Source: Candidatus Hydrogenedentota bacterium (GTDB lineage Bacteria > Hydrogenedentota > Hydrogenedentia > Hydrogenedentales > SLHB01). Taken from it: 64,000 bases of DNA. The position numbers and the translations under genes are program-made. Shown piece by piece: positions 30,137 to 40,388 of this stretch. The notes below the pieces were generated by a model, which was given only the letters and a program-made list of their open reading frames with translations, searched no databases and had not been told where the DNA came from. The stretch lies in NCBI GenBank assembly GCA_029974275.1, contig JARKSN010000288.1, forward strand, positions 59,435 through 123,434, written 5' to 3'. Every line of letters starts with the position of its first letter. Position 1 is the stretch's first letter.

Positions 30137-30834
30137 GGCGTATGGGTTTCCTGCGGCGCGTCGTATTGACTCAGGTACGAATACACGTTGTCCCCGATGA
30201 ACGAACAGAGGCTCCGGATGTTGGCGCAAGCCGCCTCGGGAGCGTCGCAAGAGAACGGATCCTGTCCGTATACCCCTTTCACCTCGACATACACCTCTTG
30301 CAGACTTTCGCGGTAGGACTCGATCACGACCGTAAGCGTTCCCTTGTGCTCCGGCGTTTCCGGCAAAACGAAACGCAGACCGCCTATCGAGACGGGACGC
30401 CCGAAATGCGGCGAAATGCGGCCTGCCTGATTGCAGGCGTGGTCCATCAGAAAGACGCGCGCGTCGGGATAATGCGTCAGGGCGAACGTCGTGCGAATCG
30501 TGGCCGTATGCGCGATGAAGCCCTGCACGCCCGCGGCTCCGGGCAGGCGCAGCGTGATCGTCCGAATTTTCTCCAAAAAATCGGAGAGCGCGATGTCGAC
30601 CCATTCCTCGATAAGGACGACGCGATCCGGCAAGAACAACGCAATCGACTGCGTCCGCGCGCCGCGTTTGCTATAAAACCGGGGCGGGCCCGGCTGGCTG
30701 AAATCCGTGCTTTCGTACGCGGCCTTCGTTTGCGACAGATCAAAATACAGCCGCTGCAGCGCCGGCACCGAATACGCATGCGGCACGTGGATCAGTTCCG
30801 TTGAAAAATGAATCGGTCTGTCTTCGCGTTGCAT
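30133..30834 (-). CDS. Hypothetical protein
   Basis: 233-aa ORF with GAGGG RBS; 4-bp overlap with the GH51 start. Confidence 0.7.
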   Translation of the reverse strand: MQREDRPIHFSTELIHVPHAYSVPALQRLYFDLSQTKAAYESTDFSQPGPPRFYSKRGARTQSIALFLPDRVVLIEEWVDIALSDFLEKIRTITLRLPGAAGVQGFIAHTATIRTTFALTHYPDARVFLMDHACNQAGRISPHFGRPVSIGGLRFVLPETPEHKGTLTVVIESYRESLQEVYVEVKGVYGQDPFSCDAPEAACANIRSLCSFIGDNVYSYLSQYDAPQETHTP

Positions 30835-31016
30835 GAATCGCCCATCCCTCAAGAAAGACGTAGTATAGAAACTAGCGTTCCGCATGTAAAGCGGCCCATC
30901 CCCGCCGGCATAACGCGCCTTCGATCGAGGCCTCAGGCTTGGAAGTCGTGCGCCATTTGGAGTACATTTCCGGATGCGTCGCGAAGACCCGTCGGCCGCC
31001 CAAAAAAGGAAACAAC

Positions 31017-33866
31017 ATGAAAAAACAACACGGCGGAAAAAGCAAACGCATCGGACACGTCGTGTCCCACACCCACTGGGACCGCGAATGGCGCTATCCC
31101 ATTTGGGAAACGCGCCTGATGCTGATCGAGTTCATGGACGAATTGATCGAGGTGCTCGAAACGGGCAAGTACCCCGGATTCCTGCTCGATGGCCAAGTCT
31201 CGCCCGTGATCGACTATCTAGACGTGCGCCCGGAAATGGCCCCGCGCATCAAGGCCCTCGTCGCGGCGGGCAAACTCCAGATTGGCCCGTGGCTCATCCT
31301 GCCCGACGAATACCCCATCGACGGCGAATCGATGATTCGCAATCTGCTATGGGGCCGGCGCCGTTGCCAGACCCTTGGCGGCGTATTCGACGTCGGCTAC
31401 ACATCCTTCGGATGGGGTCAGACCGCGCAACTCGCCCAAATCTACGCGGGTTTCGGCATGGACGTCGCCATGATCGGCAAAAAGGTGAGCAAGGAGCGCG
31501 CGCCGTTCTCGGAATTCCTCTGGCGTTCCCCCGATGGCAGCGAACTCCTCACCACGCGCTTCGGCGCGCTGGGCCGCCAAAACTTCTACTTCAAGGTCCA
31601 CCTCTCGGCCCTGGCAGGCACGCACCACGAAGGCCTGGGATGGCGCTACGAATGGGCGAAGGGCAGGGTCGCCTACCATCGCGCGGACGCCGAGGGCAAG
31701 GAACGCGACCATTACATGCTCGACGCGCCACAGACGTTCTGCCGGGAGATCATCACGCAGGAGATGCTCGAGGAAACCTGGGCCACCACCGATGAAAGCC
31801 TTCTTCCCAACGACCGCCTCATGCTGAACGGGTGCGACTACACCGCCAGTCAACCCATGTTCCCGGACATGCTCCAGCGCGTGAACGAGGCCGACCAAGC
31901 CCCCGACCGCGAGTGGGTCCACACGACAATGCCGGCGTTCGTCGATCTCATGCGGCGCCAGATCGACCGCAAGAAATTGCCGGTCGTGGACGGCGAATTG
32001 CGCGACGGCCCCGCGGCGGCATGCACGGGCAACGCGTTGCCGACGCGGCTCTATCTCAAGCGGATCAACCGTCGCGCCCAGGACTTGCTCATCCGATTCG
32101 CGGAACCGATGAGCGCCGTGGCAGCGTTGGCGGGCGCGGAATATCCGCAGACGTTGATCACGCGCGCATGGCAATTCCTGATGGAATCGCACCCGCACGA
32201 CAGCGTCAACGGCGTCACGCAGGACAAAACCGTGCTCGACGTCGAAAACCGCTTGCGGCAGGTCATCGAATTGGGCGAGGCGCTCGGCGATCGGGCCTTG
32301 CGCGAACTGACCCTGCGCACCGACATGTCCGCGTTCCGCGACGAGGACATCCTCATCACCGTCTACAACCCGACGCCGTATCCGCGCCGCGAAGTGGTCG
32401 AGGCGTGGGTAAACGTGCCCGACGACATGCCCAAGAATCCCTTCTGGCCGCCCGCGCCGGAAGGACTTCAGATGTTCGACGCAAAAGGCAAGCCCGTCTC
32501 CACACAAGCGCAAGGCCGCAGCGCCGAAGCCTATTGCGTCGCGGAATTGCACACCCGCGCGTTTCCATACAACTGCCAGCGCCATCGCGTGTTCTTTGAC
32601 GCCGGCGAGGTGCCTGCGGGCGGCTACAAAATCTTCCGCGCAGGCTCGCTCGCCGAAGCGACCGAAAAGGGCATCGAACGGTCGGACTCGCTCGTGCGCA
32701 CAAGCACGCTGCTCAAGACGCCGAACATCATGGAAAACGAATTCCTGCGCGTCGAGATGAACCCGAACGGCGCCTTCAACCTCACCGCGAAACGCCTGAA
32801 TCGCACGTTCTCAAACTTGAACTACTTCGAGGACGCCGGCGACCTCGGCGACTATTGGATTCGCGACTATCCGACGTACAACCAAATCCACACGTCGCTG
32901 GGCTGTTCTGCGCGCATCTGGAGCGAGGAATCCGGCCCGTTGCGCGCAACGCTCGTCAGCGAAATCACGATGCGCCTGCCAAAACGCGCAAACCGCGAAC
33001 ACCGCTATCGCGTCGAGGAACTCGAAGACCTCACCATCCGCACCGCCGTCACGCTGTGCGCCGGCGCAGAGCAAGTCGAAGTCAACGTCTCGTTCGACAA
33101 CCGCATCGAAGACCATTACCTCCGCGCCATGTTCCCAACCGGCCTGACAAACGCCACCCACGCGGACGCCGCCGGGCACTTCATCGTCGACCGACGCCCG
33201 ATCCGCCCGCAAGGACCATCGCCCGAAGCCGTTTGGTCGGACATGGGCACGTTGCCGCAAAATAATTTCGTGGACGTCAGCGACGGCAAGACGGGACTGG
33301 CGTTCCTCAACGACAGCCTCGCCGAATACGAAGTGCTCGACAACGAAGAACGGACGATGGCGCTGGCGCTGTTGCGCGCCGTGCGCGTGTGGATCTGCAC
33401 CGAGACCCGAGTCAGCGCGGACTTCCCCTCGCAGAAAGGCGCACAATGCCTTGGCCGTCACGAGATACGCTACGCGATCCGTCCGCACGCGGGCGATTGG
33501 CAAACGGCAAACATCCCGCTCGAAGCCGAACGCTTCTGCAGCGCGCTGCGCCTGGTCCAAACGCGCAAGCACAAAGGCTCCTTGCCCGCACAGCAGACTT
33601 CCCTCTTCGAAATCGACAACCGGATATTGCGTTTTGCCGCCATCAAAAAGGCGGAAGACCGCGACACGTTTATTGTGCGCCTGTACAACCCCACCGGCAA
33701 GAAGACGAAAGGAAACCTGCGTTTCCGCGCGCCGGTGAAGAAGGCTTGGCGGACAAACCTCAACGAGGACCGCGTGGCGCCCATCGCCGTGGCAAAGCCC
33801 GGCGTGATTCCAGTGGAAGCCGATGCATACAAAATCGTGACCATCGAGTTTTCGAACGGCTCGTAA
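31017..33866 (+). CDS. Glycoside hydrolase family 38 (MngB-like alpha-mannosidase)
   Basis: SHTHWDREW, LDGQ, IGPW, FGW and HPHDS motifs. Confidence 0.9.
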   Translation: MKKQHGGKSKRIGHVVSHTHWDREWRYPIWETRLMLIEFMDELIEVLETGKYPGFLLDGQVSPVIDYLDVRPEMAPRIKALVAAGKLQIGPWLILPDEYPIDGESMIRNLLWGRRRCQTLGGVFDVGYTSFGWGQTAQLAQIYAGFGMDVAMIGKKVSKERAPFSEFLWRSPDGSELLTTRFGALGRQNFYFKVHLSALAGTHHEGLGWRYEWAKGRVAYHRADAEGKERDHYMLDAPQTFCREIITQEMLEETWATTDESLLPNDRLMLNGCDYTASQPMFPDMLQRVNEADQAPDREWVHTTMPAFVDLMRRQIDRKKLPVVDGELRDGPAAACTGNALPTRLYLKRINRRAQDLLIRFAEPMSAVAALAGAEYPQTLITRAWQFLMESHPHDSVNGVTQDKTVLDVENRLRQVIELGEALGDRALRELTLRTDMSAFRDEDILITVYNPTPYPRREVVEAWVNVPDDMPKNPFWPPAPEGLQMFDAKGKPVSTQAQGRSAEAYCVAELHTRAFPYNCQRHRVFFDAGEVPAGGYKIFRAGSLAEATEKGIERSDSLVRTSTLLKTPNIMENEFLRVEMNPNGAFNLTAKRLNRTFSNLNYFEDAGDLGDYWIRDYPTYNQIHTSLGCSARIWSEESGPLRATLVSEITMRLPKRANREHRYRVEELEDLTIRTAVTLCAGAEQVEVNVSFDNRIEDHYLRAMFPTGLTNATHADAAGHFIVDRRPIRPQGPSPEAVWSDMGTLPQNNFVDVSDGKTGLAFLNDSLAEYEVLDNEERTMALALLRAVRVWICTETRVSADFPSQKGAQCLGRHEIRYAIRPHAGDWQTANIPLEAERFCSALRLVQTRKHKGSLPAQQTSLFEIDNRILRFAAIKKAEDRDTFIVRLYNPTGKKTKGNLRFRAPVKKAWRTNLNEDRVAPIAVAKPGVIPVEADAYKIVTIEFSNGS

Positions 33867-33935
33867 AAAAGTGGATCAAGTCCAGCGCGCCCGCGAACGA
33901 TTTCTTGCGGACGCCATGCAACGTGCGGGGTGATC

Positions 33936-35117
33936 ATGCGCATTCTCAAAGTCATCACGTGGTTTCCGCCGGCGTATACGGGCCAAGGATATCAAGTAAA
34001 GACGCTGGTTCCCTTTCTGCAACGAGAAGGGGCGCAGGTCGTCGTGCTCACTTCCAGCGCCGCCAAAACCGACGCCCGCGAGATAATGGACGGCTTCGAG
34101 GTGCACCGGCTCCGGCGCGGACGCGGACGCATAGGCGCCATCGGCTTCGCGGCGCGCGTGTTTTTCTGGGCCTTTCGCCGGCGCAAACACTGGGACATCA
34201 TCCATCTCCACGGCGCGGAATGGTCGGCGCTAGGGGGCGTGTTGGCGGCACGGGCGCTGGGCAAAAAAAGCATCGTCGTCCTCACGCTGATGGGAGCCGA
34301 CGACCCGCAATCGATCAAAGCCACGCGATTAGGCCGCATGAAAATCGCCGTTCTGGGCATGGCGGACCGTTTCGTGGCGTTGTCCACCGCGCTGGTCCGC
34401 AGCGTGGAACAATCGGAATGGGACAGCGCGAAAACCGTCCAATTGCCTGAAGGCGTCGACGAAAAACGTTTCGCTCCCCTTTCCGCCGAGGAACGCCTCG
34501 CCGCCAAAACAGCGCTTTGTTCGCAATGGGGATGGGACCCCAACGCGCCCTTGGCCGTTTTCGTGGGAGCGATCATCCGGCGCAAGGGCGTGGACATCGT
34601 GGCCCAGGCATGGCCCTCAATTCTTGCCGCCGCGCCGACAGCGCGTCTCCTATTCGTGGGACCGCTGAAAGGACAGGCGGACAATCACGAATTCTCGGAC
34701 ACGTTCGTCGCATCGATCCGCGCACGCTTCGACCGGGAAGACCTCGCAGGAACGGCTGTGTTTACGGACGCCGTGTCCGATCCAGAGCGTTTCTTGCGGG
34801 CGGCGGACGTTTTTGTGTTCCCGTCGCGCAACGAGGGGCTTCCCAATGCGTTGATCGAGGCCCAAACCGCCGGGGTTCCCACGGTTGTCGCCGACATGCC
34901 CGGCATCGCCTCGGACATTGTCGAAGACGGCAAAACCGGCTTCATTGTTCCCCAGGACGACCCTGCCGCCGTGGCCTCCGCCGTGACCCGCATCCTGCAA
35001 GACCCCGCCTTGGCCGCATCCATGCGCGAGGCGGCGCGCCTTCGAAGCGTTCGCGAATTCAACATAACCAGCGTGGCGCGGCGAACGATGGAAATGTATC
35101 GTCGGCTGCTCGACTGA
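33936..35117 (+). CDS. Glycosyltransferase family 4
   Basis: RKG and FPSRNEGLPNALIEA motifs. Confidence 0.9.
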   Translation: MRILKVITWFPPAYTGQGYQVKTLVPFLQREGAQVVVLTSSAAKTDAREIMDGFEVHRLRRGRGRIGAIGFAARVFFWAFRRRKHWDIIHLHGAEWSALGGVLAARALGKKSIVVLTLMGADDPQSIKATRLGRMKIAVLGMADRFVALSTALVRSVEQSEWDSAKTVQLPEGVDEKRFAPLSAEERLAAKTALCSQWGWDPNAPLAVFVGAIIRRKGVDIVAQAWPSILAAAPTARLLFVGPLKGQADNHEFSDTFVASIRARFDREDLAGTAVFTDAVSDPERFLRAADVFVFPSRNEGLPNALIEAQTAGVPTVVADMPGIASDIVEDGKTGFIVPQDDPAAVASAVTRILQDPALAASMREAARLRSVREFNITSVARRTMEMYRRLLD

Positions 35118-35145
35118 TTCGGCAACGCCGAGGCGACCGTCCGGG

Positions 35146-35988
35146 CTACATGAAATTCGAGACCAACACCTCGCTGACGGCTCCGCGCCGGTCGGCTTTG
35201 CTGTTGATGGCGCGCGTGGCGAAGACTTCCCGGAGGGTGAATGCGCGGTAGAGTTCTTCGATAAACGGCGTTTTCGAGTTCGAAAGCAACGCCTTGACGC
35301 CGCGCCGATCGAGCTCGGCGAAAACTTCGGCAAGACGTCGCTGTTGGTCCTCGCCAAAACCGCCCTTGTCGTAACTAGTGAAAGACGCGGTCTTCGACAC
35401 AGGATGATAGGGCGGATCAAAATAAACAAAATCGCCCTTCGCGGCGCGCTCGATCACGGTCTCGAACGGACGCTGCTCGATGCGAGCGTCTTTCAACGCC
35501 GCGGCCACCGCGCGCAGGTTTTCTTCGTCGCAAATCAGCGGGTTCTTATACCGGCCAAACGGCGTATTGAACAACCCCTTGCTGTTCTCGCGATAGAGTC
35601 CGTTGAAACACGTCTTGTTGAGGTAAATGACGCGCGCCGCACGCGCGATGGCATCGGACGGCACCTCCGCGCGCATCGCGTAAAAATACGCTTCGCAATG
35701 CTTCTCCTTGTGCCCATGCAACAACGCGATGATCGCCTCGGCATTTTCCTGGACGCCCTTGTAGGCCTCGATAAGCCCCGCGTTGTTGTCGGAAAGACAA
35801 GCCTTGCGCCCCCTCATCCGCCCCAGCCGCGACAACTCGAAAAAAAGCGCGCCGCCCCCTACAAACGGCTCATGATACTTCCCGAACGCCCCAGCCGCCT
35901 CGACCGCCTTCAGCAGGTCCGGCAACAATTGCCCCTTCCCGCCAACCCATTTGAGAAAGGGCCGCGGCGTAACGGTCGGACGCCCCAT
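35146..35988 (-). CDS. DNA adenine methyltransferase (Dam/D12 class)
   Basis: FLKWVGGK, EPFVGGGAL, FNGLYREN, YFDPPY and LSNS motifs. Confidence 0.94.
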   Translation of the reverse strand: MGRPTVTPRPFLKWVGGKGQLLPDLLKAVEAAGAFGKYHEPFVGGGALFFELSRLGRMRGRKACLSDNNAGLIEAYKGVQENAEAIIALLHGHKEKHCEAYFYAMRAEVPSDAIARAARVIYLNKTCFNGLYRENSKGLFNTPFGRYKNPLICDEENLRAVAAALKDARIEQRPFETVIERAAKGDFVYFDPPYHPVSKTASFTSYDKGGFGEDQQRRLAEVFAELDRRGVKALLSNSKTPFIEELYRAFTLREVFATRAINSKADRRGAVSEVLVSNFM

Positions 35989-35993
35989 GCGTC

Positions 35994-36383
35994 TTACAGT
36001 CCGAAGTACAGTTCGAGCCATGCTTGCAAGTCGCCCAACTCGACGGCGGATCCCGTCGAGAGTAGATACGATTCCATGTTCTGCGAAAAACCCGCGCCGC
36101 TATACACCACGATGCCGCGAATCGGCCACGCCTTGATGTCCTCGATGGTCGCCGGTATCTTCTCCTCGGCGCTGCCCGAACCGCCTTGAAACTTGCACTC
36201 GATCCCGAGACTGACGCGCGTCACGGGGTGCTTCAACACGATATCGATAAAGCGTTTCGCGCCCCAAATGCGCCGCCCCACGCCAACCTGCCGGGTCACG
36301 TTCAACCCCAAGGCCTCGCCCAACGCCGCGACGCGCGCCTCGAGGTCTTTGCCGGAATCAACAGCGACGGCTTTGCCCGGCAT
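35994..36383 (-). CDS. Small PD-(D/E)XK nuclease (restriction-endonuclease-like)
   Basis: SGKDLE...FIDIV...IECKFQ...GSAEEK, 129 aa, immediately upstream of the methylase. Confidence 0.75.
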   Translation of the reverse strand: MPGKAVAVDSGKDLEARVAALGEALGLNVTRQVGVGRRIWGAKRFIDIVLKHPVTRVSLGIECKFQGGSGSAEEKIPATIEDIKAWPIRGIVVYSGAGFSQNMESYLLSTGSAVELGDLQAWLELYFGL

Positions 36384-37132
36384 CAGGGCTCCTCCCGATT
36401 CTTGGGCGCGCGCGGCAACGCGCCGGCCCACGACAACGCGCGGTAGCGCAGGATCATCCGAATCATCTGAAGCCCCAGAAAAAAGGCCTTCACCTTGCTG
36501 CCGGTCACGCTGGACTCCCCAACGCGCTTGCGATAGTTCACAGGCACTTCGATGAACGGGACGCCGTTGAGGATCGTCAACAGCATCAAATGCGGCCCAA
36601 ACGCCGAGCCGCCCTCGGCGAACTGCGGGCGAATCTTCTCATACGCGGCGCGATGAAACAAGCGCATCGAGCAACCGACGTCCGTGAGCAGCGTGGTGTT
36701 GAACAAAAACTCCATGAGTTTGCCAACCGCCCAGTTGCCCCACTTGAGAAAGAGGCCCATGTTGGCCCCTTCCCACACGAGCTCACGCTGGGTGCGGGTG
36801 CCGAACACCACCGGAACATCATCGCAATAGGCAAGAAGCTTGATGACGTCATGACCGGAGAACGTGCCATCGGGCTCTGCGATGATCAGGATGTCGCCAA
36901 CGGCCTCCCGCAAGCCGCGCCGGATCGCGTACCCATAACCTTGGCGCGTCTCATACACAAGGCGCGCCCGAGTGGGACGGACCTCGTCGTCCGTCCCGGG
37001 GGCGGCGTTATTGTTGACGACGACAATCTCGTCAACGTGACCAGAATCGAAAAAATCTTCGATCGCCGCCCGTATCGAATCCTTCTCGTTATACGTCGGA
37101 AAAACCACCGACACGGTTTTATCGCGCCACAC
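36383..37132 (-). CDS. Glycosyltransferase family 2 (polyprenol-phosphate glycosyltransferase-like)
   Basis: VSVVFPTYNE, GYGYAIRRG, EPDG and EVPVNYRKR motifs. Confidence 0.88.
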   Translation of the reverse strand: MWRDKTVSVVFPTYNEKDSIRAAIEDFFDSGHVDEIVVVNNNAAPGTDDEVRPTRARLVYETRQGYGYAIRRGLREAVGDILIIAEPDGTFSGHDVIKLLAYCDDVPVVFGTRTQRELVWEGANMGLFLKWGNWAVGKLMEFLFNTTLLTDVGCSMRLFHRAAYEKIRPQFAEGGSAFGPHLMLLTILNGVPFIEVPVNYRKRVGESSVTGSKVKAFFLGLQMIRMILRYRALSWAGALPRAPKNREEP

Positions 37133-37161
37133 GTCTCGCGCCCCAATCGACCTTGTTGGCT

Positions 37162-38796
37162 CTACCAGTATGTATTGAACAACGACTCCGTAAACCAGCA
37201 TTGCAGCCCCAGAAAGCTGCACGCCGCCACGATCGGCCCCAGCGACCGCGCCTGCTGCGTCTTGTGATCAAGCATCTGCGCCGCCGGAATCACGAAGAAT
37301 ATCATGACATACATCGCGCTGCGCTCGCCCTCGCCGCGCGCAAGATACAAAAAATTCAGCGCGACCAGCGTCAACAGAAACGTCAGGAACAGAGCCTTCG
37401 TCTGCGCTTCAGGCCTACTCCAACGGCGAAGGCACAACACCGACGTCGGGATTCCCGCAAAATACAACCAGCACATCGGATTCAAAATCCAATAGGTCCA
37501 CGCCGGCAACCGCGGCGTCAGCGCGTCGAGGTGCGTCTGGTCTAGCCTGAACTGATCGTGGCACGCCCGGAAACAAGCGACGACGTCGAACCCCGACCAA
37601 AAATACACGAGGGCGTGCGTGGCGAGAAACGAAGCGCCCATGACAACGGCCGTTCGGATGACCGAAAGCCGGCCCTCCGGACGCAGCATGCGCCACAGGC
37701 CGACAAATCCGAAAAAAGCCCCAACGCTTACCAACGAGAACGAAGTCAACGACATCGCGGCGTACAACACTCCCGCGCCGCAAGCATAGCCGATGGAGGC
37801 CCGATGCATGGCGCGCCAGAACAGGAACAGCGTCGTCAACGTGAGCGGCATGAACAAAATATCCGCGCTGGTCGCCGTAAACAGCACAACCGACGGCATC
37901 AGCGCGAACAACAAACAACACGTCAACGCAACACGCCGATCGAACAAGTCACGCACCCAATAATACAACGGAACCACGCTCAAACTGCCGACGGCCATCG
38001 TCGCCAAGGACAACCCAAGAGAACCGCGCCCCGCTACGTACGACAACAACCACAACATCGCGATGGGACCAGGCGGATGCACCTTGGCGTGCATCGAAAG
38101 ATAGGGGTGCAACGTCAGATAGTCGCGAAACAGGCCGCGAATCGACATGCCGCGCCCAATGTCGCCGATATACTCGCTGGCATGACGATCATAGGCCATT
38201 GTGATGCCGCCGATCCCGTCGCGCAACAAGGCGATCGACGCCGAAAAAACAAAAACGAAAAATACAATCGCGACCAGCATCCACCCCGCGGCTCGTTCGG
38301 ATGGAATGCCGTCGCGCCAACCCAAGCGCTGAGCCGCCGCAATCCAGGCAATAAGCCCCCCCGAAAAAACAACCACGGCCAAAACATTCCAGCGGAACGC
38401 GGCCCACTTCGACGCCAGCGCGGCGGCAACGGTCACGCCGTTTTGCCGCGCTTCCAAAGGGATGGCCGACGCCACGATCAGGACCGCAAACAGCCACACA
38501 GCCGCGGACGCGCCGGTCTTCCGCCAAGAGACGCGCTCTCGCGGCCAGACCCATCGCCGGACGACAAATACGACAGCGCCCATGAGCAAAAGGGCAGCGG
38601 CGGGAACGAGGAGCGAATCAAAAACCGGACTGAGATACGCATAGAACGGCGTCGCGTTGAGGTAGATGCCTTCCACGCCGATCACCCACAACGCGGCCAT
38701 GCCCAATAGATATCCGATCATGCAGCGCAAGCACAGATCAAACAATTTGCGTCCTGCGCGCGATTCGCCGGACGGTTCTAGGATGTTGGCGGACAT
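37162..38796 (-). CDS. Multi-TM GT-C (PMT/ArnT-like) membrane glycosyltransferase
   Basis: About 12 TM segments; HPPG and ER motifs; adjacent to the GT2 lipid-donor enzyme. Confidence 0.7.
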   Translation of the reverse strand: MSANILEPSGESRAGRKLFDLCLRCMIGYLLGMAALWVIGVEGIYLNATPFYAYLSPVFDSLLVPAAALLLMGAVVFVVRRWVWPRERVSWRKTGASAAVWLFAVLIVASAIPLEARQNGVTVAAALASKWAAFRWNVLAVVVFSGGLIAWIAAAQRLGWRDGIPSERAAGWMLVAIVFFVFVFSASIALLRDGIGGITMAYDRHASEYIGDIGRGMSIRGLFRDYLTLHPYLSMHAKVHPPGPIAMLWLLSYVAGRGSLGLSLATMAVGSLSVVPLYYWVRDLFDRRVALTCCLLFALMPSVVLFTATSADILFMPLTLTTLFLFWRAMHRASIGYACGAGVLYAAMSLTSFSLVSVGAFFGFVGLWRMLRPEGRLSVIRTAVVMGASFLATHALVYFWSGFDVVACFRACHDQFRLDQTHLDALTPRLPAWTYWILNPMCWLYFAGIPTSVLCLRRWSRPEAQTKALFLTFLLTLVALNFLYLARGEGERSAMYVMIFFVIPAAQMLDHKTQQARSLGPIVAACSFLGLQCWFTESLFNTYW

Positions 38797-38901
38797 GCGC
38801 GGTATTGTAACGATCGCCACCCCGACGTTCTATAGAGCCATGGAGCCTGCGCCGCAATCAAAAAACAACCCGCGCCCGTGCTTCCCGGTCGTCTGCGCGC
38901 C

Positions 38902-40062
38902 TCACTGCGTCTGCCGGGCGGCGCACGTCTCCAAGGAAGCAATCAGTTTTTGAAGCATCGACAGCGCCCCCGTGTCGGGAAGCTCCTTTTTGATGGCAAG
39001 GATTTTCTCCTCACGGGCGAGAAACGCGTCGACCACGTCCGGATCAAACTGAGAACCGCGCCCTTCCAACAGGATGCCGCGCGACGCCTCGTGCGAAAAA
39101 GCGTCTTTGTAGGGACGTTTCGACGACAGCGCGTCGTATACGTCGGCAAGCGCCACGATGCGCGCCGACAGGGGAATGTCCTCCTCCTTCAAGCCGGAAG
39201 GATACCCTGCGCCGTCCCATCGCTCGTGGTGAAAATACGCGATGTCACGACCCATCGCCAAGAACGTGATCCGCCCCGCCTCTTTGTCGGCCGCCTCGAG
39301 CGTGTCGCCGCCGATGTTGGCATGGGTCTTCATGATATCGAATTCTTGCGGCGTCAACTTGCCAGGCTTCAGGAGAATGCGATCGGGAATGCCCACTTTG
39401 CCAATGTCGTGCAGGGGACTCGCATGGTACAACTCATCGATAAAAACGCTATCAAGCGCATGCCGATATTTGGGATGCGTCGAAAGCTCCACGGCGATTT
39501 CCCGGGCGTAGGCGCGCATCCTTCCCAGGTGTTCCCCGGTCTCCGGATCGCGTGATTCCGCCAGCCGGGCCAGCGAAAAGGCGGTGACGTGCTGAGAACG
39601 TTCAACCTGCTCCGTCCGCTCCCGGATGCGCGTTTCCAAGCGCTCCTGATATTCGATAAGCTGGTCTTGCATTCGCTTGACCCGAAGCGAATTGCGGATG
39701 CGCGCTTCCAGGAGTACGCTATCGAACGGCTTGACAAGCAGATCGTCGGCCCCGGCTTCAAGCGCCTTGATATTGGCCTCGTGGTCGGAAATGCCGGTTA
39801 TGATAATCACCGGGATATGACGCGTGCGAAAATCACGCTTCAACCGTTCGCAGACCTGGAAACCGTTCATTTGCGGCAACACGAGATCAAGGAGCACAAT
39901 GTCCGGCAGCGAAGCCTCTATCATGGAAAGGGCCTCCTCTCCCGACAGAGCGAAGCGCACCTCAAACCCCCGATGGCCCAGGAACCCCTGCATGAGGACA
40001 AGGTTCTCTTCAGCATCATCGACAACGAGCACCACGGCGTTGGTTTCGGGTCTCATGGACAT
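38902..40062 (-). CDS. Response regulator with HD-GYP domain (RpfG-like c-di-GMP phosphodiesterase)
   Basis: Receiver domain (LVVDD, LLD, KP) plus HDIGK and HHERWDGAGYP. Confidence 0.93.
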   Translation of the reverse strand: MSMRPETNAVVLVVDDAEENLVLMQGFLGHRGFEVRFALSGEEALSMIEASLPDIVLLDLVLPQMNGFQVCERLKRDFRTRHIPVIIITGISDHEANIKALEAGADDLLVKPFDSVLLEARIRNSLRVKRMQDQLIEYQERLETRIRERTEQVERSQHVTAFSLARLAESRDPETGEHLGRMRAYAREIAVELSTHPKYRHALDSVFIDELYHASPLHDIGKVGIPDRILLKPGKLTPQEFDIMKTHANIGGDTLEAADKEAGRITFLAMGRDIAYFHHERWDGAGYPSGLKEEDIPLSARIVALADVYDALSSKRPYKDAFSHEASRGILLEGRGSQFDPDVVDAFLAREEKILAIKKELPDTGALSMLQKLIASLETCAARQTQ

Positions 40063-40388
40063 GGCACGCTCCTTACGCTGTCAACGTTCACTACCCCGCC
40101 GACGGTATGGTCATGGCCCGCTACTTCTCCTACATGACCAAGTTTTTCATTTGACGCCTTTTTCATATTACCATAAAAATACGAAACCCGCAATAACGGC
40201 AAGTTATTCCCGTAAAACAAATATGAAGGTTGTCGTGTATCAAATGCGCCCCGGATCGGCCCGCGTTTCGCCGGGCGCCTTCCGTCCCCTTTGCCAGGAG
40301 GAAAACCCGAGTGCCGCCTAACGCCCCCTACGAAGAACCGCCTTTCTTTCTCCAACGCCATGGGCGTCGGGCGATCCGGGGTTTCCGG

